DNA of 64,000 nucleotides from Candidatus Omnitrophota bacterium (GTDB lineage: Bacteria > Omnitrophota > Gorgyraeia > 2-01-FULL-45-10), in contig JBAZNZ010000007.1 of the NCBI GenBank assembly GCA_041648975.1, positions 4,807-68,806 on the forward strand, in the 5' to 3' direction. The notes under the pieces are model-generated. The model ran no database searches. It was not told the DNA's origin and saw nothing but the letters and a program-made list of their open reading frames with translations. Shown here one piece after another: positions 56,574 through 64,000 of this stretch. A program made the position numbers and the translations under genes. Position 1 is the first letter of the stretch; the number at the start of each line of letters is the position of its first letter.

Positions 56574-57404
56574 ATGAAAAAGATAACAGCGCTTATCACC
56601 CTTACCGTCGCCATGACGGTATTTTTTTTGACCGGCGCCTGTGAAGCGCAAACCGGTGTAACCGCCGATGCTATGAAGCCTATGCTGGAGAAGACAAAGT
56701 CGAGGATAAATGAGTGGTTCAGGATACTGGACAGAGAGCTGGAGAGCGCCGCCGAAAGGCTGTCTACGGCGGACTTGAGCGGGAGGGACGCGCGGAGAAT
56801 ATTGAAGGAACTTATGATAGGAAGGTCGTCTATTGTCGATTGCGGGATAGTCGATGAATCCGGGATCCTGATCACGGTTCAGCCTCCGGAATACAGGTCT
56901 TATGAAGGCAGAGACATCAGTAGCGAGCAGCACATCATGGCTGTGCGTGAAACAAAAAGACCTGTCATGAGCGATTCTTTTAATGCAGTCGAAGGCGTGT
57001 ATTCGGTCGCATTAGAATATCCCATATTTTCAGATAAGGGCCGGTATCGCGGGTCAGTGAGTCTAATTATAAAATACGCCGCATTTTTAAATAATATATT
57101 GGAAAAGATAGTGAAAGACATGCCATGCAAGGTGTGGGTCATGCAGCCGGATGGCTTGATATTGTATGATTCTGACCCCAACCAGATAAACAGGAATGTA
57201 TTTACAGACGATATGTTCAAACCGTTCCATAGCCTGATAACTTTTTCGAAAAATGTCGTTTCGGAGAAGAACGGGACTGGTTCCTACGATTTCTATTCCA
57301 AAGGATTTGAGGATAAGGCAGTCGTCAAGAAAAACGCGATATGGGACACTGTTGGACTATACGGTAATGAATGGCGTATCATTGTGATGGAGATCGAAAA
57401 ATAA
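56574..57404 (+). CDS. Periplasmic Cache-like (dCache-type) domain protein without an output domain
   Basis: Signal peptide and a PAS/Cache-like secondary-structure pattern. The start was taken at MKKITALITL. Confidence 0.4.
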   Translation: MKKITALITLTVAMTVFFLTGACEAQTGVTADAMKPMLEKTKSRINEWFRILDRELESAAERLSTADLSGRDARRILKELMIGRSSIVDCGIVDESGILITVQPPEYRSYEGRDISSEQHIMAVRETKRPVMSDSFNAVEGVYSVALEYPIFSDKGRYRGSVSLIIKYAAFLNNILEKIVKDMPCKVWVMQPDGLILYDSDPNQINRNVFTDDMFKPFHSLITFSKNVVSEKNGTGSYDFYSKGFEDKAVVKKNAIWDTVGLYGNEWRIIVMEIEK

Positions 57405-57413
57405 AACGGAGGG

Positions 57414-59021
57414 ATGAAGATGAATAGCCGTACGCAAAGCCTTGCTTTATCCGGTATCGTGACTGTGATCTGTCTGGCTGCCGGCGGTATGGCAGATATT
57501 GTCTATGCCGATACCGCGGCCGATGTGATCGTATTAAGGGCCGAAATGGACACTATGAAGAGGCAATTTGCCATGATGAAGGATGCGAACGCCGAGCTGC
57601 AGAAGCGCGTCGCTACGCTAGAAGATAGGATCAATTTCCAGCCGCCGTCTCAACCGACTATGACCGCGGGCGCCGTTTCCGAAGTCGCATGTCCGACCAG
57701 CGAGATCGCGAAGATATCGAAGAAGACCGAGATCTCGGTGCTCGAGCAGTACAGCAAGCAGTCGGCTCTGGATGCGACGGCGATACTCCAAAAGGTTCCC
57801 GATTACATACCGAACTACTTTACCAAAGGTCTGGAATTCCACGGCTACTTCAGGAGCGGTTACGGTGTGAACGGCAAGGGCGGCATGATGCAGGCGTTCC
57901 AGGCGCCGGGCGCGCCGGCGAAATTCCGCCTCGGTAACGAGCAGGAGACATACATAGAGAGCATTCTTGTAAATAATAACTGGAACCCGGATCCGGAAGG
58001 CATAACGGTAAAGACACAGCTTCGCATGGCATACCAGACCAACCAGAACAATGTTACCTGGGATCCGATCAACGACCGCGTATACCCGGCGGAAATGTTC
58101 GGCGAGATGGGCAATATAATACCGGGCCACCCTGATATCAAGGTATGGGCTGGCGAGCGGTTTTACCGTCTGCCTGAACTCGACATAATCGATTTCTGGT
58201 GGTCCGATATGAGCGGATATGGCGGCGGTTTCAGCGATATCGACTTATTTAATAATGCGGCTAAGCTCAACATCGCCTACATCGGTTACTCGCCGAACGA
58301 CGTCTCGCTTTCGACGAGCCGCGGCCGGCTTGCCAAGAACAATATCCATATCATGTTCCATGACTTCGAGGTCCCGGGCGGCGTAGGAACATTCTGGGTG
58401 AACGGCGGTTACATAAAAGGCGGCAATACTACCGATCTGACCCCGAACGTCAAATATCCGGACATGGCGGGAATAAACGTCGGGTTCATGCACTATATTC
58501 CGGGAGAGCTCAATAACAACCAGTTGGGTCTTCAGTACGGCTGCGGCGCGAACACCTCATTGTCCGCAGGCGGCAACATGCCCATGACGGACGATGACCG
58601 CAAATCGTGGCGCGTGCGCATAACCGAAATGTTCAATCGCCAGATCACGGATAAGCTGTGCGTGCAGATTGACGGCGTTTATCAGTATACCGACAGCGGA
58701 AGAGATACCAAATGCCGGGAGACGTGGATAAGCCTGGGCGCCAGGCCGATATACATGTTCAATAAACATTTCGGGCTGGAATTTGAGCCGGGCGTAGATT
58801 ATATCAATAATCCGTTGAATGGTTATGACACCTGCCTCTATAAGGTCACAGGCGCTCTGCGTGTGGCGCCGGCCCCTATATGGAACAGCCGTCCCGAATT
58901 CAGGATATTCGCCACATATGCGACATGGGGCGACGATTTTAGGGGTCAAGTCGGCGGCCCCGGTTATGAAACCCAGACAGAAGGGTGGAACTACGGTATC
59001 CAGTGCGAAAACTGGTGGTAA
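57414..59021 (+). CDS. Maltoporin/LamB-family carbohydrate porin
   Basis: Signal peptide, N-terminal coiled coil, and a C-terminus ...ENWW that resembles the LamB ...EIWW ending. Confidence 0.5.
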   Translation: MKMNSRTQSLALSGIVTVICLAAGGMADIVYADTAADVIVLRAEMDTMKRQFAMMKDANAELQKRVATLEDRINFQPPSQPTMTAGAVSEVACPTSEIAKISKKTEISVLEQYSKQSALDATAILQKVPDYIPNYFTKGLEFHGYFRSGYGVNGKGGMMQAFQAPGAPAKFRLGNEQETYIESILVNNNWNPDPEGITVKTQLRMAYQTNQNNVTWDPINDRVYPAEMFGEMGNIIPGHPDIKVWAGERFYRLPELDIIDFWWSDMSGYGGGFSDIDLFNNAAKLNIAYIGYSPNDVSLSTSRGRLAKNNIHIMFHDFEVPGGVGTFWVNGGYIKGGNTTDLTPNVKYPDMAGINVGFMHYIPGELNNNQLGLQYGCGANTSLSAGGNMPMTDDDRKSWRVRITEMFNRQITDKLCVQIDGVYQYTDSGRDTKCRETWISLGARPIYMFNKHFGLEFEPGVDYINNPLNGYDTCLYKVTGALRVAPAPIWNSRPEFRIFATYATWGDDFRGQVGGPGYETQTEGWNYGIQCENWW

Positions 59022-59063
59022 TATATCGCGGAGTCGTATAGAATATGTAAAACGGAGGGCATT

Positions 59064-60092
59064 ATGATGAAGATGACAAGATTTTTTTGCGGAGCGGCGG
59101 TCCTTGCAGTCATGATTTCGCTTATCGTCCCGGCAGAGGCCTTTGCCGCGGCAGGAAAGAAGATGCGCATAGGCGTATCGCTTCCGACTCAGCGCGACGA
59201 GCGGTGGGTCCGCGACGCCGAAGAGATGCGCGCGGTCGCGAAGGCCGACGGCGTAGATATAAAGATGCAGGTTTGCGACAATGACGCCGCCAGGCAGATG
59301 TCCCAGTGCGAGAACCTTCTTGCCCAGGGCATAGATATCCTCATCCTGGCCCCGCATGACGCTACGAGCGCGGGCGCTATAGCCGATAATGCGCACGCGG
59401 CAGGCATAAAGGTCATATCGTATGACAGGCTTGTTATGGGGACGAATAATGTAGACCTGTATGTATCATTCGATAATTTTGCCGTAGGAAAACTGATGGG
59501 TGAATACCTGACCAGGCTCGTCCCTAAGGGCAATTACATCGTCCTGGCCGGCGCTCCTACGGATAATAACGCCAAATTATACAGGGAAGGCGCTATGGAA
59601 GCTATAAAGCCCCTGGTCGATAAGGGAGACGTCAAGATAGTGATGGACCAGTGGGTGACGGATTGGCAGCCGACGGTGGCCATGAACCTCGTGCAGAACG
59701 CGCTGACCGCAAATAATAACAAGATAGACGCGGTGCTGGCTCCTAATGACAACACGGCCGGAGGCGTAATACAGGCGCTCGCGCAGGTGGGACTGGCCGG
59801 CAAGGTCCCCGTTACCGGTCAGGACGCCGAGGATACGGCCGCCCAGCGCATCATGGCGGGAACGCAGGCGATGACGGTGTTCAAAAATACGCGGGAACAG
59901 GCGCGCGTTGCGATCGAGACGGCTATAAAGATGGTAAGAGGGGAAAAGCCCGAAACGAACTCGGTCGTTAATAATAAGAAGATGGACGTGCCTTCTATAC
60001 TCTTGACGCCGGTCGTAGTCGATAAAGCCAATATAGACGAAGTCCTGATAAATAGCGGTTATATCTCGAAAGATAAGGTCTATAAAAAATAG
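59064..60092 (+). CDS. Monosaccharide ABC transporter periplasmic binding protein (xylose/ribose XylF-ChvE type)
   Basis: Signal peptide and a type I PBP fold pattern (KMRIGVSLPTQRDERW). Confidence 0.75.
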   Translation: MMKMTRFFCGAAVLAVMISLIVPAEAFAAAGKKMRIGVSLPTQRDERWVRDAEEMRAVAKADGVDIKMQVCDNDAARQMSQCENLLAQGIDILILAPHDATSAGAIADNAHAAGIKVISYDRLVMGTNNVDLYVSFDNFAVGKLMGEYLTRLVPKGNYIVLAGAPTDNNAKLYREGAMEAIKPLVDKGDVKIVMDQWVTDWQPTVAMNLVQNALTANNNKIDAVLAPNDNTAGGVIQALAQVGLAGKVPVTGQDAEDTAAQRIMAGTQAMTVFKNTREQARVAIETAIKMVRGEKPETNSVVNNKKMDVPSILLTPVVVDKANIDEVLINSGYISKDKVYKK

Positions 60093-60118
60093 GTTTCAAA
60101 GAAGAGAGGGTATAAAGT

Positions 60119-61633
60119 ATGCCCGACGACAATATACTCGAGATGAGGGGTATCTCCAAGGAATTTCCAGGCGTGCGCGCCCTGGATGACGTTACGTTCA
60201 GTGTAAGGCGCGGTGAGATCCACGCCCTCGTGGGCGAGAACGGGGCAGGGAAATCGACGCTTATGAAAGTCTTAAGCGGCGTATATCCCGCGGGCGAATA
60301 TTCTGGAAACATACTTATTGACGGGCGCGAGATACGTTTCAAGTCGATAAAGGACAGCGAGCGCGCGAGTGTGGCGATAATCTACCAGGAATTGGCGCTT
60401 GTAAAACAGCTCTCCATAGTCGAGAACATATATCTCGGCAACGAGATCGCTTCCAGAGGCGTGATAAACTGGGATGAATCGGTAAAAAAGGCGCAGGATT
60501 ATCTTGAGCATGTCGGCCTGAAAGTGAGCCCTGTAAGCCCTGTTTCGTATCTGGGCGTTGGAGAGCAGCAGCTCGTCGCGATAGCGAAGGCGCTGTCGAA
60601 AGAGGCGAAGATCCTGGTCCTGGACGAACCGACTGCCGCGCTTTCGGGAGGGGAAGCGGAAAAGCTTCTCAATATCCTGAAGAAACTGAAGAGCGAAGGC
60701 GTTACGTGCATATATATTTCGCACCGCTTGAAAGAAGTGTTCGATATCGCCGACCGCATTACGATTCTCCGCGACGGCAAGACTATAGCTACGCGCGACA
60801 AGGCCGAACTTGACGAAAATAAACTCATTGCCCTGATGGTCGGAAGAGAGCTTACCAATGTATACCCGCGGAAACCGCATACGCCGGACGGTGTCCTCTT
60901 AGAGGTGAAGAATTGGACGGTCTACGACCCCGATATAAATAAGACGATAGCGGATGTGAACTTCAAACTATATAAGGGCGAGATCCTCGGGATGGCAGGT
61001 CTTGTAGGAGCCGGCCGCACGGAGTTCGCGATGAGCCTCTTCCATTTCTGGGGCCGTCATGTGTCGGGTGAGCTTTTCCTGGAAGGGAAAGAGATATCGC
61101 CCCGCGACGCGGGCGAAGCCATCGCCGCCGGTATGAGCCTCGCCTCCGAAGACAGGAAGCGCTACGGCCTCGTGCTCGCCGAAGACATAAAGACGAACAT
61201 CTCGCTTGCGAGCCTCCATGCAATCGCTAAAAATACCGTTGTCAACGAGAATGAAGAAGTGAAATCGGCGGAAAAATATTCCAAAGAATTACATATAAAA
61301 GCGCCGTCGGTCGAACAGCAGACAGAGGCATTGAGCGGAGGCAACCAGCAGAAGGTCGTGTTGGCGAAATGGCTTATGACAAAACCAAAGGTCCTTATAC
61401 TGGATGAGCCGACACGCGGCATAGACGTCGGCGCGAAGGTGGAGATATATAATATCATAAACGAGCTTGTGGACCACGGCGTTGGAGTTATCGTCATATC
61501 GTCCGAAATGAACGAGATACTGGGCATCTGCGACCGCGTGCTCGTCATGCATGAAGGCCGGTTCACGGGCGAACTTAAGATAGCGGAAGCTACCCAGGAG
61601 AAGATAATGTATCACGCTACGGGAGGTAAATAA
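60119..61633 (+). CDS. Sugar ABC transporter ATP-binding protein with two ABC domains (XylG/RbsA type)
   Basis: Two Walker A/B sets (GENGAGKST; LSGGNQQK). Confidence 0.85.
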   Translation: MPDDNILEMRGISKEFPGVRALDDVTFSVRRGEIHALVGENGAGKSTLMKVLSGVYPAGEYSGNILIDGREIRFKSIKDSERASVAIIYQELALVKQLSIVENIYLGNEIASRGVINWDESVKKAQDYLEHVGLKVSPVSPVSYLGVGEQQLVAIAKALSKEAKILVLDEPTAALSGGEAEKLLNILKKLKSEGVTCIYISHRLKEVFDIADRITILRDGKTIATRDKAELDENKLIALMVGRELTNVYPRKPHTPDGVLLEVKNWTVYDPDINKTIADVNFKLYKGEILGMAGLVGAGRTEFAMSLFHFWGRHVSGELFLEGKEISPRDAGEAIAAGMSLASEDRKRYGLVLAEDIKTNISLASLHAIAKNTVVNENEEVKSAEKYSKELHIKAPSVEQQTEALSGGNQQKVVLAKWLMTKPKVLILDEPTRGIDVGAKVEIYNIINELVDHGVGVIVISSEMNEILGICDRVLVMHEGRFTGELKIAEATQEKIMYHATGGK

Positions 61634-61636
61634 GAT

Positions 61637-62767
61637 ATGAAGAAAGACATGCTGCAGCACTTCCGCAAATATACGATGCTCATAGCGCTTGTCGCGATAT
61701 GGCTGATATTTACAGTGCTGACCGAGGGCGTATTCGTCTCTCCGAGGAACCTGTCGAACCTTTTTGTCCAGACTGTCGCTGTAGCAATCATAACCATCGG
61801 CATGACGCTCATAATAGTGACGCGCAATATCGACCTTTCCGTCGGTTCGGTGGCCGCCTTCGTGGGGGCGATCGCCGCGTTTTTACAGGTCAAGACGGGG
61901 TGGCCGACACCGCTTGCCATGACTGCGGCAATGGCGGCCGGGCTCCTCGTCGGCGTCTGGCACGGTTTCTGGGTCGCTTACCGCATGGTGCCGTCGTTCA
62001 TCGTCACGCTCGCCAGCATGATGATATTCCGCGGCGCGGTCCTTGGCATTACCGGCGGCGCGACGATAGCGCCGCTTTCAGACGCATTCAGGTCGATAGG
62101 CCAGAGTTATGTCCCGCCGCACTTGAGCGTAATAATAGGCGTCTTTGCGGCGGCATGGTATCTCTTCGCCCATTATTATAAAAGGATGCTGCGCGCGCAG
62201 TATGGGTTTAAGGTAACACCTTTACTAATCGATATCGCAAAGACGGCGCTGATGATCCTGGTAGCCGCCGGATTTCTCGCCATAATGGTCCATAACAGGG
62301 GTATCCCGTATGCGGTCCTTCTCATGGTGATCCTAGCGGTAGTCTTCAACTTCATCGCGCGGCAGACGGTCTTCGGCAGGCAGCTCTACGCCATCGGCGG
62401 CAACCCGGACGCCGCGTCGCTGTCCGGAGTCAATATTAAGAAACAGATCATGATGCTCTTCGCGGTCTTCGGCGGCATTACCGCTATGTCAGGGCTGGTC
62501 CTGGCCTCGAGGCTCAACGCGGCTACGACTTCCGCGGGGCAGGGCATGGAACTCGACGTCATCGCCGCGGCAGTTATCGGCGGCACATCGCTCATGGGCG
62601 GCGAAGGCACGATCTTCGGGTCTGTCGTAGGCGCGCTCATCATGGCGAGCCTCGACAACGGCATGAGCCTCATGGACACCAATATTACATACCAGTATAT
62701 AATCAAAGGCATGATCCTTCTTTTAGCCGTTTGGGTCGATATCGCCACGAGACAGAAACAGGGATAA
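61637..62767 (+). CDS. Sugar ABC transporter permease (XylH/RbsC type)
   Basis: 376 aa and about 10 TM helices. Confidence 0.8.
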   Translation: MKKDMLQHFRKYTMLIALVAIWLIFTVLTEGVFVSPRNLSNLFVQTVAVAIITIGMTLIIVTRNIDLSVGSVAAFVGAIAAFLQVKTGWPTPLAMTAAMAAGLLVGVWHGFWVAYRMVPSFIVTLASMMIFRGAVLGITGGATIAPLSDAFRSIGQSYVPPHLSVIIGVFAAAWYLFAHYYKRMLRAQYGFKVTPLLIDIAKTALMILVAAGFLAIMVHNRGIPYAVLLMVILAVVFNFIARQTVFGRQLYAIGGNPDAASLSGVNIKKQIMMLFAVFGGITAMSGLVLASRLNAATTSAGQGMELDVIAAAVIGGTSLMGGEGTIFGSVVGALIMASLDNGMSLMDTNITYQYIIKGMILLLAVWVDIATRQKQG

Positions 62768-62796
62768 AGAAATATATAAGTACGGGGGGAGGGAGT

Positions 62797-64000
62797 TTGA
62801 ACCTTATAAATATAGCCTTAAGCTTTCTGGCCCCGAAGGCCCGGGCTTTTGAACGATCGACGAAGGATCCGGGGTATGCCCAGGAGCGGGTACTATTAGA
62901 ATATCTTGCCCGGAACAAAGATACGGAGTACGGCAGGAAATACGGTTTTGCTAATATAGGGTCCGTTCGGCAATATCGGGCTACAGTCCCTATTATAACC
63001 TATGAGTCGATTCGTCCGCTTATCGACAGGATGGCCAAAGGCGAATCGAACATACTGACCTCCGACAAAGTGGTATTCTTCGGGATAACGAGCGGTACGA
63101 CAGGACAGCCCAAGCTTATTCCCGTTACGGACTATTCGCGGAATAAGAAATCGGAGTTGATGAAGCTGTGGGCCTATTATATCAACAGGGACCATCCGCG
63201 CCTGCTTGAGGGAAAGATACTCTCGATAATAAGCCCGGAGGTGAAGAATTTTACCGAAGGCCATATACCGTACGGACCGGAAGACGGCCACGCCTATAAT
63301 AATCTTCCCGCGCCCGTAAGAAGTCTTTATGTACTGCCCTATCAGTTGTTTTACATCAACGATTACGACGCCAGGTATTACGCGATATTGAGGATAGCCA
63401 TGGAACAAAACGTTACCACTATAGCTACCCTGAACCCGAGCACGATAGTCCTGTTGTGCGAAAGGATACCGAAGGTGCAGGGCGATATTATAGAGGATAT
63501 AAAAAATGGGACGCTGAAAAAGACCCTGGATATCCCCGCCGATATACGCGCTTCGATAGAAAAGCGGTTGAGACCGAACCCAAGAAGAGCTGATGAGCTT
63601 AAGGCCATACTTAAAAAAGAAGGAGACCTCCTGCCGAAATATTTCTGGCCTAACCTGGAACTTGTGGAGTGTTGGAAAGGAGGAACGGTAAAATTATATT
63701 TAAGGGAATTGCCGCGATACCTTGGGGATGTGCCTTTCAGGGATTTCGGATATCTTTCGACGGAGGCGCGCAGTTCCGTGCCGATGAGCGATTCGGATGA
63801 GGGGAGCGTCATGTCCGTTGATTCCAATTTTTATGAGTTCATACCCAGGGAAGAGATGTGTAAGGCCAATAAGAAGACTTTATTGTGCGACGAGCTTGAA
63901 AAGGGCGCTCAATACGTCGTCGTAGTAACGACGCCGAGCGGACTGTACCGTTATGATACCGACGACGTGATTACCGTTACCGGATTCTACAATAAGACCC
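62797..64000 (+). CDS. GH3 (Gretchen Hagen 3) family acyl-acid amido synthetase-like protein, 3'-truncated at the window end; TTG start
   Basis: GITSGTTGQPKLIP adenylation motif. The start was chosen at the TTG after GGGGGGAGGGAG. The ORF is absent from the track because it has no ATG. Confidence 0.6.
   Translation, partial: MNLINIALSFLAPKARAFERSTKDPGYAQERVLLEYLARNKDTEYGRKYGFANIGSVRQYRATVPIITYESIRPLIDRMAKGESNILTSDKVVFFGITSGTTGQPKLIPVTDYSRNKKSELMKLWAYYINRDHPRLLEGKILSIISPEVKNFTEGHIPYGPEDGHAYNNLPAPVRSLYVLPYQLFYINDYDARYYAILRIAMEQNVTTIATLNPSTIVLLCERIPKVQGDIIEDIKNGTLKKTLDIPADIRASIEKRLRPNPRRADELKAILKKEGDLLPKYFWPNLELVECWKGGTVKLYLRELPRYLGDVPFRDFGYLSTEARSSVPMSDSDEGSVMSVDSNFYEFIPREEMCKANKKTLLCDELEKGAQYVVVVTTPSGLYRYDTDDVITVTGFYNKT

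Noticed and set aside
1-64000. CRISPR arrays, tRNA or rRNA genes, transposases, integrases
   Set aside because: None was found. No regularly spaced direct repeats were seen, intergenic regions are short and lack tRNA-like cloverleaf candidates, and no transposase or integrase-like ORF occurs on either strand.

Overview
This 64 kb window from a Gram-negative (diderm), probably anaerobic bacterium has moderate GC (about 45-50% by eye) and is densely coding. Every confidently called gene lies on the + strand, often with ATGA or short start/stop overlaps, so all long reverse-strand ORFs in the track look like shadow frames. Reading left to right, the window contains the following. (1) A 5'-truncated pyridine-nucleotide disulfide oxidoreductase and a radical-SAM gene broken into three frames. 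(2) An iron/metal block: a membrane protein, HypA, FeoA, FeoB, a ferritin-like/VIT transporter, a small Cys/His-rich membrane peptide, an outer-membrane barrel protein, and ZnuA- and ZnuB-like components with no ATPase. (3) An unusual SGNH hydrolase whose catalytic blocks are split by a TPR array and carry an 81-bp in-frame tandem duplication, followed by a patatin-like lipoprotein, MscS, HflK/HflC and a 33-codon hydrophobic ORF. (4) A GT4-glycosidase-like fusion protein and a GH130 enzyme. (5) A formate module, pflB-pflA-fhs, behind a consensus promoter. (6) A complete aspartate-decarboxylation proton-motive cycle, asdA-aspT, extended by a periplasmic asparaginase and an OprB-type porin; it is preceded by a promoter, a 13-codon uORF and a strong intrinsic terminator, which looks like an attenuator. 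(7) A two-gene insert, an excisionase-family HTH followed by a DUF4062 + Schlafen/AlbA_2 + HATPase_c_4 + wHTH protein, flanked by a nested inverted-repeat region; I consider this the best candidate for an undescribed defence or abortive-infection module. (8) pyk translationally coupled to an MBL-fold hydrolase and a PIF1-like SF1 helicase. (9) Secreted Gly-rich and coiled-coil proteins, a STAS protein, malic enzyme and a BNR/sialidase-like protein. (10) An osmotic-homeostasis locus: a sensor-HAMP-fused trehalose-6-P synthase, OtsB, a hypothetical protein, a TreT-like trehalose synthase, a CdaA diadenylate cyclase fused to YbbR domains, then CaCA, CDF and CPA1/RCK_C cation transporters. (11) A tolC-cusB-cusA copper/silver efflux operon with a YHS-domain protein. 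(12) A Cache-like periplasmic protein, a LamB-like porin, a sugar ABC transporter and a GH3 amido-synthetase that runs off the window end. No rRNA, tRNA, CRISPR array or transposase was seen.
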